Origin: Actinomycetes bacterium
Lineage (GTDB): Bacteria > Actinomycetota > Acidimicrobiia > IMCC26256 > PALSA-610
Reading direction: 5' to 3'
Length of the DNA stretch: 64,000 bases
Assembly (NCBI GenBank): GCA_025360585.1
Contig: JANYBW010000045.1
Coordinates: 585 to 64,584 of the forward strand
In this document: piece by piece, positions 53,703-62,459 of the stretch
How positions within the stretch are numbered: the stretch's first letter is position 1
How the letters are laid out: every line of letters starts with the position of its first letter
Translations under genes and position numbers: made by a program
Notes under the pieces: model-generated
Databases searched by the model: none
What the model was told of the DNA's origin: nothing
What the model saw: only the letters and a program-made list of their open reading frames with translations

Positions 53703-55307
53703 GTGACTACTGCGCCCAAGGAAGCCATTGCAAAGGCTCGAGGCCTCAAATGGCGCGCCGCAATGGAGCGCAGTGAGCGCGTTGGGTCACGCTTGCAACC
53801 AGTCGCGGTCGCGAGTTTGTTGGTGATCGGGGTCGTTGCCCGATTCGTCACGAAGTCCGACCTTTGGCTCGATGAAGCACTGACGGTCAATGTCGCAAAG
53901 TTGCCTTTTGGTCGCATCGCTCCGTGGCTGCGCCACGATGGTGCACCGCCATTGTTTTATTGGCTGCTGCACCTCTGGGCGAGCGCGTTTGGTACGTCGG
54001 ACGTTGCGGTACGGATGTTGTCGGGGGTGCTGGGAGTGGCGGCATTGCCGTTTGCGTTCCACGCGGGCAAACGCGCTGGTGGTCGCGTGACCGGTTGGCT
54101 GTGTGTCATCGCGTTAGCCGTGAATCCTTACGCGATTCGTTTCGCCACCGAGACTCGCATGTACGGCCTGGAAATCTTGTTGGTGTTTGCCGCGATTGTG
54201 TGTGTGCGCAGGGCGTTGGATCGTGCCAGTGCCGGGCGGTTGGCTGCGGTTGCGATACTGGCTGCGGCGCTGGTCTGGACCCACTACTGGTGCTTGTCGC
54301 TCGTGGGTGCATGCGGCCTCGTGTTGCTGATCGCTGCGATGCGTGCTACCGGCACTCGGCGCGCAACCGCGCTGCGAGTCTTCGGGGCGGTCGTGGTGGG
54401 TGCTTTGAGTTTCGCGGCATGGCTACCGGCATTTTTCTATCAAGCCGCACATACCGGAACTCCCTGGGCTACTCCGCAACTCCCGCCGATTCCCATCGGA
54501 CGCAGCATTTTGGAGTTTGCCGGGGGTGATCATTCCGAAGGTTGGGTATTGGTCTACGTGGCAGTGGCGTTCATCGTCGTTGGAATACTGGGGCACCCAA
54601 CTGAGCGAGGCACCATCGAAATCGATCCGCATACGCACAGTTCGGTCGCAGGCGAAGGCATTGTTGGCGCGCTGGGGCTCGTGTGTGGTGCCACGATCGC
54701 GTACGTCGGCGGCAGCGGATTTCAACCGCGGTATTCCGCAGCGATCTTGCCGTTTTTCATACTCATCATGGCCCGCGGGATTTCGCTGCTGATCAACCAT
54801 CGGCTGCGGTTCGTGATCGTAGCCATTGTGGTGCTCACCGGATTCGGCGGGATCGTTCGCAACGTTGGCGAGAACCGAACGCAAGCCGGTGCCGTCGCGA
54901 CGGCGATTTTGCAGCGAGCGCATACCAACGATGTCGTGGTTTATTGCCCGGATCAACTCGGGCCGGCTACCCACCGAATTCTTGCGCGCGCGCCGCTTGC
55001 CCAGCTCCACGAAATCGCCTACCCGAATACCGGCGGCGTGGCATTGGTCGATTGGGTCGACTACCAGGATCGCATCAACGCGGTGAGCCCCGAAGCCTTC
55101 GCTCGCAGAGTGCTCAAAGTCTCCGGCGATCGTGCATTGATCTTCGTCGTGACTTCCCCGGGCTACATCACCCACGCGCAACGTTGCGACGAGATCACGA
55201 CCGCGCTCGTTGAACTTGGTCATCGCCGCCGCCGTACCTTGATTGCCTCCGACGCCGAAACGTTCGAACACATGGGTGTCGACGTGCTCGGTCGGAGAAA
55301 TGCATGA
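53703..55307 (+). CDS. GT-C glycosyltransferase, family 39/83 (PMT_2/ArnT-like)
   Basis: It has LWLDEALTVNVA, HDGAPPLFYWLLHLW, a later NPYAIRFATETRMYG, and many TM segments. Confidence 0.75.
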   Translation: MTTAPKEAIAKARGLKWRAAMERSERVGSRLQPVAVASLLVIGVVARFVTKSDLWLDEALTVNVAKLPFGRIAPWLRHDGAPPLFYWLLHLWASAFGTSDVAVRMLSGVLGVAALPFAFHAGKRAGGRVTGWLCVIALAVNPYAIRFATETRMYGLEILLVFAAIVCVRRALDRASAGRLAAVAILAAALVWTHYWCLSLVGACGLVLLIAAMRATGTRRATALRVFGAVVVGALSFAAWLPAFFYQAAHTGTPWATPQLPPIPIGRSILEFAGGDHSEGWVLVYVAVAFIVVGILGHPTERGTIEIDPHTHSSVAGEGIVGALGLVCGATIAYVGGSGFQPRYSAAILPFFILIMARGISLLINHRLRFVIVAIVVLTGFGGIVRNVGENRTQAGAVATAILQRAHTNDVVVYCPDQLGPATHRILARAPLAQLHEIAYPNTGGVALVDWVDYQDRINAVSPEAFARRVLKVSGDRALIFVVTSPGYITHAQRCDEITTALVELGHRRRRTLIASDAETFEHMGVDVLGRRNA

Positions 55308-56755
55308 CTGATCCGCCGAACCGCGCTGCGCTGCGCCCTACGCGCCCGCGTTTTTGGTTCTGGATCGTGATTGGTGCGGCCGCGATCGTGCGGTTCGGCT
55401 ATGTGGCCGAAGTGAAGAGCGGAACCTGCGACATATTGAGCAACGGCAAGGCAATCGGCCGTTATCACAGTCAGTGCACCGGGTCGAGCCCAACCAAGCC
55501 CAACGACCAGCTCTATTACAACAGCAGCGCGAACCAGCTGGCGTGGGGCAAAGGCTTCGTTAGTCCATTCGGTAAACCCGAACCGGTCGCCGATCACCCG
55601 CCACTGAACTCGATATTTTTGGCGACTGCCTCGTGGCTGTTCAACCATGAGCCGCTCTCCCGACTTGCCGATAGCACGGTGCTCACGAACCACAAGACGG
55701 TACACACCCACGTGCGCGAGCAGCGCTACTTCGTGGCTGCACTTGGTGTCGTCAATGTTGGGTTGATCATGCTCATTTCCCGCCGAGTTGGCGGCAAAAA
55801 GGCCGGAGTGATTGCAGGGTTCATCGCTGCGGTCTATCCGGGTTTATGGGTCAATGATGGTTTGCTGTTCGCCGAGACGTTGGCGATCACGATGGTGTGT
55901 TGCGCACTGCTGATGGCCCTTCGCTGCCACGAGACGCGCACGGCGAAACATTTTGCCGCGCTCGGGGCGATCTGCGGGCTGGCCGCGTTGACGCGTGCAG
56001 AGCTATTACTCCTCGCTCCGTTGCTGATGATCGTTCCGGCAGTGCGCGGGCGCGGCCCGCGATTGAAGCGCGCGTTGGTGAACCTCGGCGCGGGCGGATT
56101 CGCGCTCGTCTTGGTGTTGTTGCCATGGTTCGCGTACAACGCAACCCGATTCAACGAGTCGGTCTTGATTTCGACCAACGACGGCCTCGCGCTCGCGGGA
56201 TCGTATTGTCCGCCGGTATTCGAAGGGCCGGGTATTGGTTTGTGGTCAACCGATGCGTCGTGCAAAATCGATCCTTCCCAGGAACTTACGTTGCGCGATC
56301 AATCCGAGGTATCCAAGGCGTACCGCAAACACGCTTTGGATTTCTTGCGCATGCACAAACAGGATCTGCCGAGGGTCGTTGCTGCCCGTATCGGGCGCAC
56401 ATGGAACCTGTTTCGGCCCGTGCAAGGGATTCGCTACAACGAAGGCGAAAATCGAGAACGCTGGGTGGGCTGGGCCGCACTCGTGAGCTACTACCTGTTG
56501 ATCTTGCCTGCGATCTTCGGTGCAGCCGCGCTCCTTCGATTCCGTGAGCGACGTTCGCTATGGGTGCTGTTGGCTCCTGCCATCACCGTGACGTTGGTAT
56601 CAGCTGCTACCTACGGACAACCTCGATTTCGGGCTACTGCGGAGCCATCTTTGGTGATCTTTGCGGCGCTCGGGATTGTGGCCATGCTGGCGTCGATTCA
56701 CGAATCGCCGGGTGCCCGAAATCAGCCGATGGACCCGGTAAGTTCCGTCCAATGA
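55304..56755 (+). CDS. GT-C glycosyltransferase (ArnT/PMT-like), paralog of the C-terminal half of 59939-62317
   Basis: It has an ATGA overlap. Motifs are DHPPLNSIFL and GLAALTRAELLLLAPLLMIVP, which matches GLASMTRAELLGLAVLFVIPMV in the fusion protein. It is polytopic. Confidence 0.65.
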   Translation: MTDPPNRAALRPTRPRFWFWIVIGAAAIVRFGYVAEVKSGTCDILSNGKAIGRYHSQCTGSSPTKPNDQLYYNSSANQLAWGKGFVSPFGKPEPVADHPPLNSIFLATASWLFNHEPLSRLADSTVLTNHKTVHTHVREQRYFVAALGVVNVGLIMLISRRVGGKKAGVIAGFIAAVYPGLWVNDGLLFAETLAITMVCCALLMALRCHETRTAKHFAALGAICGLAALTRAELLLLAPLLMIVPAVRGRGPRLKRALVNLGAGGFALVLVLLPWFAYNATRFNESVLISTNDGLALAGSYCPPVFEGPGIGLWSTDASCKIDPSQELTLRDQSEVSKAYRKHALDFLRMHKQDLPRVVAARIGRTWNLFRPVQGIRYNEGENRERWVGWAALVSYYLLILPAIFGAAALLRFRERRSLWVLLAPAITVTLVSAATYGQPRFRATAEPSLVIFAALGIVAMLASIHESPGARNQPMDPVSSVQ

Positions 56756-56783
56756 ACTCGCACACAAAACGCGCGCATGCCCA

Positions 56784-58238
56784 ATGAGTCCCCGAATCGG
56801 AATCCACGTCGTTGCGTACAACGCTGCGGCAACGCTGGCCCAAGTACTGGACCGAATCCCGCGTGATTTTGCGGCACAGATCAGCGACGTACTGGTCTTC
56901 GACGATCACAGCGACGACTCGACTTATCTGATCGGTCTCGGATACCAGCAAACGACCGATCTCCCGCTGCGTGTGTTTCGTAACGAAGTCAATCTTGGGT
57001 ACGGCGGAAACCAAAAAGCCGGCTACCAATGGGCGATTGACAACGGCCTCGATGTCATCGTGCTTCTCCATGGCGATGGTCAGTACGCTCCAGAAATGCT
57101 TCCCGATATGGTGGATGCCCTCATTGAGAACAACGCGGATGCCGTATTCGGATCCCGCATGTTGCACGAAGGAGCGGCGCGCCGAGGCGGTATGCCGCTG
57201 TATAAATACGTCGGGAACAAAATTTTGACCCGCATCCAAAACGCAGCCGCGGGTGCATCGCTGTCGGAATGGCATAGCGGGTACCGCGCGTACAGCGTGA
57301 AGGCACTGGCCGAAATTCCGTTCCAGTCGAACAGCGACGGTTTTGATTTCGATACCCAAATAATTTTGGAGCTCCTGGAAGCTCGTAAAGAGATCGTTGA
57401 GATCCCGATCCCGACCTACTACGGCGACGAAATTTCTCGCGTGAACGGCCTGGCGTACGCTCGCGATGTTGTGCGCCATGTATTGAAGTACCGGGCAAAC
57501 AAAATGGGATTCGGATCGGGCAAAGCTGCGTTCGCGTCGAGCGAATACGAAATCAAAGCCAGCGAATTTAGTTCGCATCAAAACATTGTGAATTGGTTAG
57601 CGCCCGCGGGTTCCCTTCGCATTTTGGATTTGGGCTGTTCTTCCGGGCTCCTCGCAGAACAACTTCGAGCGCGTGGTCACACCGTTGTCGGCGTCGATAT
57701 CGAAGAGCATCCCGGTGCCCGCGGTCGTCTCGACGAATTCGTGTGTGCCGATTTGTCGACCGGGATCCCCGCCGAGGTCACGGGCACCTTCGATGTGGTG
57801 TTAGCCGCTGATGTGCTCGAACATGTCGCGGATCCATCCGTACTGCTGCGCGGGGCCGCGGAGCGGCTACGGCCCGGCGGATCAATGATTGCATGCGTAC
57901 CGAATATTTCTCACTGGTATCCGCGGGGCCGCATTGCCGCCGGACGCTTTGCCTACGAACGACGCGGCATCCTCGACCGTGGTCATCTGCGATTTTTCAC
58001 CCGTCGAACGTTTCGTGACCTTGCAGTCGATACTGGATTTGAGGTAGTGCGATCGGGTGCAGTCGGCGTGCCGTTCGAAGTCCTCGAGCGCGGTGGTCGA
58101 GCGTCCGCGAGTCGCAAGGCGCTCAACGTTGCCGCGCGAGTCGACCGGGGTGCCACCAAGGTGTGGCCGAATATGTTCGGCTACCAGCTGCTGTTTGAAC
58201 TTCGCCCGACCAGGACCGACGCGGTGCCGCGCCCGTAA
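56784..58238 (+). CDS. fusion protein: GT2 glycosyltransferase (N) + class I SAM-dependent methyltransferase (C)
   Basis: The N-terminal half has VVAYNAA, VFDDHSDDST and LLHGDGQY. The C-terminal half has ILDLGCSSG (SAM motif I), VVGVDI and DVVLAADVLEHV. Confidence 0.85.
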   Translation: MSPRIGIHVVAYNAAATLAQVLDRIPRDFAAQISDVLVFDDHSDDSTYLIGLGYQQTTDLPLRVFRNEVNLGYGGNQKAGYQWAIDNGLDVIVLLHGDGQYAPEMLPDMVDALIENNADAVFGSRMLHEGAARRGGMPLYKYVGNKILTRIQNAAAGASLSEWHSGYRAYSVKALAEIPFQSNSDGFDFDTQIILELLEARKEIVEIPIPTYYGDEISRVNGLAYARDVVRHVLKYRANKMGFGSGKAAFASSEYEIKASEFSSHQNIVNWLAPAGSLRILDLGCSSGLLAEQLRARGHTVVGVDIEEHPGARGRLDEFVCADLSTGIPAEVTGTFDVVLAADVLEHVADPSVLLRGAAERLRPGGSMIACVPNISHWYPRGRIAAGRFAYERRGILDRGHLRFFTRRTFRDLAVDTGFEVVRSGAVGVPFEVLERGGRASASRKALNVAARVDRGATKVWPNMFGYQLLFELRPTRTDAVPRP

Positions 58239-59746
58239 TCCGGGTCAGTCGGCTTGAGTGGGCGTTGGTAGACGACGCCGAGCCCAACGTTGATCCATAG
58301 GCTGAATACGGCCGCAACCGCAATTACGCCGACGAAACATCGTTCACGCTTGGTGCGGATTGGTTGAGGTAGCTGTGCCGCCTCAGCTATGGGTGCGCTG
58401 TGGCCGGAACGCAATGCTGCGAGGCCAACCGTGCTAAGGACGATCAAGCCAGGATAGAGATCTGAAAGGTAGCGGTTCGCGACGTATCCGAACATCAATA
58501 CGAAGGCACTTCCCGCGGCGCCCCCTACAACGATGGCAACGACACCGTCACGCGTTGACGGCGACAACGTGCGACGCTTGCGGCCGAACGCGGCTGCGCC
58601 GTAGATACTCAGCAACACGAGCGCCGGCATGGTGCTCGTAATGCTCGACGAGCGATCGAGCGTGTCGAATACCGCGCCACGAAACACTCGAGCACGCCAG
58701 TGCGGGAAGTTGACGAAGGGAAACCGATGATCGAAACGGAATGCATCGGGCCGCAGATACTGCACTGCGGTTGTCGGCAGAAATTTCAGCCCGAACAAAC
58801 TGCCATCGTTCGCAGCGAGTGCGCGTTGACGTTGGGGATCGCCAGGGAAATGATGCGCCGCGTCTCCGGTTGTGAACACCTGCTTTTCCAACGGCAACGC
58901 GAATGGTGCGCCAAAACGAGCGGTATTCATTGCTCCGTAGAACACGATCGGAATCGCGATGGCAACCGCGAGGTGCGTGACGCGGGCAATTCCTTCACGC
59001 CGCAGCATTGCGGACAGCAACAACGTTGCCATCATCGTGATGACGCCGATTCCGAGCGACGGCCGCGACAAGATCGTGATCGTCGCGGCCAGTGAACACC
59101 CGACCGTTCGCAGGGGCCCGGGATGATGCACGTACCGCAGTGCAGCCCATGCGCTCGCGACCGCACCCGCGATGCCCCACATCTCCATTTCGTGGTACAC
59201 CAGCGGATAGCTGGCGAGAAACGCGACGACGGAACCCGCTCCGATGACGAGTTGAAATCCGCCGGAGATGATCATCGTGCTGCGCGACGGCAAAGCATCG
59301 AGATGGGAATTGCCACCACGCGCGGCGAAAAGGTTTCGCAATTCGTATTGCATCCCCGCGGTGGCAATCAACATGACCACGATCGCGAGCAGAATCGACG
59401 GGCCGGTGAACGAACCGTCGAAACGATTCGTCACCGCGAGCACTGGCATTCGTAACAATGTCGGCCAGATCCCGAAATAGGTCTGATATTTACCGTCGAT
59501 CTTGAAGGCTTCCAGTAACAGCGTGTCGAACTTCAGGTTCCAGTGCCCATGAAACAGCGCCCGCGCCTGGGCATCGTGAATCGAGCCAAGGCGCGAAGCG
59601 AGCGCGTTGCGGGGCGCTCGCGCCAAAAGCCAACCGTCGATACCTAAGGCACTCAAGCTGCCGATCGCCCATGCCACAACGAGGCTCCGATGCGGCCCGA
59701 CTCGCGGGTGTGTGGCTCGTGCCCGCGTGTGTGCCCGAGCTGCCAT
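58181..59746 (-). CDS. polytopic membrane protein, possible GT-C-type glycosyltransferase
   Basis: It has at least 10 hydrophobic segments. I chose the start at MAARAHTRARA (59746). The longest ORF extends to 60046 through the repeat region. The 3' end overlaps the convergent gene by 58 nt. The family was not recognised. Confidence 0.5.
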   Translation of the reverse strand: MAARAHTRARATHPRVGPHRSLVVAWAIGSLSALGIDGWLLARAPRNALASRLGSIHDAQARALFHGHWNLKFDTLLLEAFKIDGKYQTYFGIWPTLLRMPVLAVTNRFDGSFTGPSILLAIVVMLIATAGMQYELRNLFAARGGNSHLDALPSRSTMIISGGFQLVIGAGSVVAFLASYPLVYHEMEMWGIAGAVASAWAALRYVHHPGPLRTVGCSLAATITILSRPSLGIGVITMMATLLLSAMLRREGIARVTHLAVAIAIPIVFYGAMNTARFGAPFALPLEKQVFTTGDAAHHFPGDPQRQRALAANDGSLFGLKFLPTTAVQYLRPDAFRFDHRFPFVNFPHWRARVFRGAVFDTLDRSSSITSTMPALVLLSIYGAAAFGRKRRTLSPSTRDGVVAIVVGGAAGSAFVLMFGYVANRYLSDLYPGLIVLSTVGLAALRSGHSAPIAEAAQLPQPIRTKRERCFVGVIAVAAVFSLWINVGLGVVYQRPLKPTDPDYGRGTASVLVGRSSNSSW

Positions 59747-59860
59747 AGTGCGCTGAGCATACGAGGACGGCCAGTATGATCGGCAGTCTTGGCCGGGTCT
59801 GATGTTTCCGATACCACCATCGGCGCGGTCGGCGTCGAATCGGTCGACGGCCGAGGAGAC

Positions 59861-59908
59861 GAACTGTCTGGCGAACTGTCTGGCGAACGGTTTGGCGAAC
59901 GGTTTGGC
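59861..59908. repeat. 12-nt tandem repeats: GAACTGTCTGGC x2 followed by GAACGGTTTGGC x2
   Basis: Read directly. The repeats lie in the divergent region between 58181-59746 (-) and the AT3/GT-C fusion gene (+). They would encode ELSGELSGERFGERFG if the TTG 59789 start were used. Confidence 0.9.
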
Positions 59909-59938
59909 GCCAATGGTCAAACGACGACCTCCCGCCTC

Positions 59939-62317
59939 ATGGGCTTCGACGGGTTGCGCGGGGTCGCTTCGGTCTGCGTGCTCATCTACCACCTCAATTT
60001 TTTTGCACCGATTTCGGTGGGGTGGCTGCATCCACTGCTCCAGCAACTCCGCCTCGGCGTCTGGATCTTTTTTGCCCTATCCGGCTTCTTGCTCTACCGA
60101 GGATTTGCGGCCGCCCACCTCGACGGCGCAGAAGCGCCGAGGCTCAGGAACTATTTTCGCAACCGTGTGGTGCGGATCTTGCCGGCCTATTGGGTCGCGC
60201 TGATCTTCTTCACCGCCAATCACAACACGTTGTTATCGCCGTCGGTTGGTATCGCGGGGGTGATCCGCCAGTTCAGCCTGACCCAGATCTATTCCCGGCG
60301 AGACGTATTGCTCGCGTTCGGCTTGCCGCGCGGGCTACCCCATGCCTGGAGCCTCGCGGTCGAAATCAGTTTTTATCTTGCGTTGCCGTTGTACGCGTGG
60401 GGGGTCGGCGCGCTCGGACGGCGTATTGGTGCGTGGCGGGCAGAACTGGGTGGCATCGCCGGCCTCATGATCGTTTGGCTCCTCTGGACGACCCAAACCA
60501 ACGGCAACGCGTTGCGCCAGCAGTGGCTGCCGAATTTTACGATGGCCTTCGGTGTGGGCATCACCTTGGCGGTCCTGGCCACGCAATGTGGTCGCGGCAC
60601 GAAGGTTGGTAAAAACACCGAAGTTCTGGCCCGACATGCAACGGCTTTGTGGCTCGGAGCTGGTGGCCTGATCGTCATCCGTTCTCGGCTCACGATTGCC
60701 CATGAGAATGGCTTGCGTTCGCAACTCCTGTACGGCGCGATTGCCCTCTTGCTGGTGCTGCCGTTTGCGATCCGTCGAGGCGAAGACCGAGCTCATCCGG
60801 TGGTTCGCATGCTGGATTCTGGGCCTGCGCGATTCATTGGCAATATCAGTTACGGCATCTTTTTGTGGCATTACTTGCTGATCCGCATTGTTCGTGATCA
60901 GTGGCTTCACGGCGCCGATGGGCACGTTGGTTTCGTGAGATTGACTGCGGTCGTCGTGCCGTTTGTTGTGCTTGCCGCGGCTGCGAGTTGGTATTTGATC
61001 GAACGACCGTTGCTACTCGAAGCACGCCGAGCCTCGATGCGCTTTTGGGTCTCGCTCACCGCTGTGACCGTCGGGTCGCTCGCGTGGCGAGTGTTCTACG
61101 TGTTGTCGATGATCGGGCGCGATCCGCATCCCAAGGGCGATTCGTACTACTACCATCAACAAGCCAAAGCGCTCGCGAAGGGTCTCGGTTTTCTCGATCC
61201 TGTGCAGTGGTCGCGTACCGGAGTGATTACGCCGAGCGCTTCGCATCCGCCCGCGTTCTCATTGTTTCTGGCCGCAATGAACAAACTTGGCGTCACTACC
61301 TGGACGGGCCAACGGCTTGCCTGCGCGGTGCTCGGGGCGATCGCGGTCATGGTGCTCGGCCTCGCGGCTCGCGAACTTGCGGGCGATCATGTTGGCCTCA
61401 TCGCAGCGGTGCTCGCGGGTGGTTACGCAAACTTGTTTATTAACGACGAAATGCAAATGCCTGAGAGTCTCGCGGCGGTCGCAATTGCGATGCTGTTGCT
61501 CGTCACGTTGCGAACGTGGAAGCGGCCTTCGTTGCGATCCAGTCTGCAACTCGGCGCCGCGATCGGGCTCGCGTCAATGACTCGCGCCGAACTGCTCGGG
61601 CTCGCGGTGCTATTCGTGATCCCAATGGTGATTTTCAGTGGCGATGGTGGCTGGCGCGGTCGGCTGCAGCGCGCCGCGGCAGCTATCGGCGTGATTGTGC
61701 TGTGCATCGGGCCGTGGGTTGGATTCAACCTTTCGCGGTTCCATAAACCGGTGATCATGAGCACCGGGGTTGGCGATGTCACGATGTATGGCAACTGTGA
61801 TGCCACGTACAGCGGCCAATTCCTGGGCTATTGGTACTTCGGCTGTGGTGCGAAATATGGCGCGTCAACTGAGGGCGATGAATCGGATCGCGAGGCCAAG
61901 TGGCGCAAAGTCGGAACCGATTACATCAGCGCACATTTGAGCCAGTTCCCGAAGGTTGCGTTGGCGCGCGCGGGGCGGATGTGGGATGTCTTTCGACCCT
62001 CCCAGAACACCAGCTTTGATGGAAACCTTGAAGGCCGTGGTTTTGGTGCATCCCAGCTTTCGTTCGCGCAATACATGGTTCTGTTGCCGCTGTCGGGTGT
62101 TGGGCTGGTGCTGCTGCGGAGAAGGCGGCTGCCGATTTGGCCATTTCTCGCGATCGCTGCGCTGGTCACATTCACCGCCATAACTGCCTTTGGAATCACG
62201 AGATATCGCATCCCTGTCGATGTATTTCTGCCCGTGACCGCGGCGATACCGCTCGCCGCCGCTTGGAAGTGGCTTCTGCAACATCGCCGGTTTCAATCGG
62301 TCGCGGCAGGTTCGTAA
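59939..62317 (+). CDS. fusion protein: acyltransferase family 3 (N) + GT-C ArnT/PMT-like glycosyltransferase (C)
   Basis: It begins MGFDGLRGVASVCVLIYH...FFALSGFLLYRG...ILPAYW (AT3). After ~390 aa come YYYHQQAKALAKGLGF, SHPPAFSLFL and MTRAELL (GT-C). The alternative TTG start is at 59789. Confidence 0.75.
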   Translation: MGFDGLRGVASVCVLIYHLNFFAPISVGWLHPLLQQLRLGVWIFFALSGFLLYRGFAAAHLDGAEAPRLRNYFRNRVVRILPAYWVALIFFTANHNTLLSPSVGIAGVIRQFSLTQIYSRRDVLLAFGLPRGLPHAWSLAVEISFYLALPLYAWGVGALGRRIGAWRAELGGIAGLMIVWLLWTTQTNGNALRQQWLPNFTMAFGVGITLAVLATQCGRGTKVGKNTEVLARHATALWLGAGGLIVIRSRLTIAHENGLRSQLLYGAIALLLVLPFAIRRGEDRAHPVVRMLDSGPARFIGNISYGIFLWHYLLIRIVRDQWLHGADGHVGFVRLTAVVVPFVVLAAAASWYLIERPLLLEARRASMRFWVSLTAVTVGSLAWRVFYVLSMIGRDPHPKGDSYYYHQQAKALAKGLGFLDPVQWSRTGVITPSASHPPAFSLFLAAMNKLGVTTWTGQRLACAVLGAIAVMVLGLAARELAGDHVGLIAAVLAGGYANLFINDEMQMPESLAAVAIAMLLLVTLRTWKRPSLRSSLQLGAAIGLASMTRAELLGLAVLFVIPMVIFSGDGGWRGRLQRAAAAIGVIVLCIGPWVGFNLSRFHKPVIMSTGVGDVTMYGNCDATYSGQFLGYWYFGCGAKYGASTEGDESDREAKWRKVGTDYISAHLSQFPKVALARAGRMWDVFRPSQNTSFDGNLEGRGFGASQLSFAQYMVLLPLSGVGLVLLRRRRLPIWPFLAIAALVTFTAITAFGITRYRIPVDVFLPVTAAIPLAAAWKWLLQHRRFQSVAAGS

Positions 62318-62459
62318 CCGTCTAGGATCGGGCGGTTCGACCGAAGCGATACCGGTGACTGGTGCAGGCCGTAACCCATTGCCGCGGCGTTCGTGATCCT
62401 GAATTCCGAGCATCGTTACCTGGTCGAATCCAATTCCCAACGAACTGAACGGCAACGGC

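Noticed and set aside
58181-58238. 58-nt convergent overlap between the GT2-methyltransferase fusion and the minus-strand membrane gene, considered as evidence of a frameshift or mis-assembly.
   Set aside because: Both reading frames are open and plausible to their stops. Convergent 3' overlaps of this size occur in compact GC-rich genomes. I cannot tell from the sequence alone whether either C-terminus is shorter.
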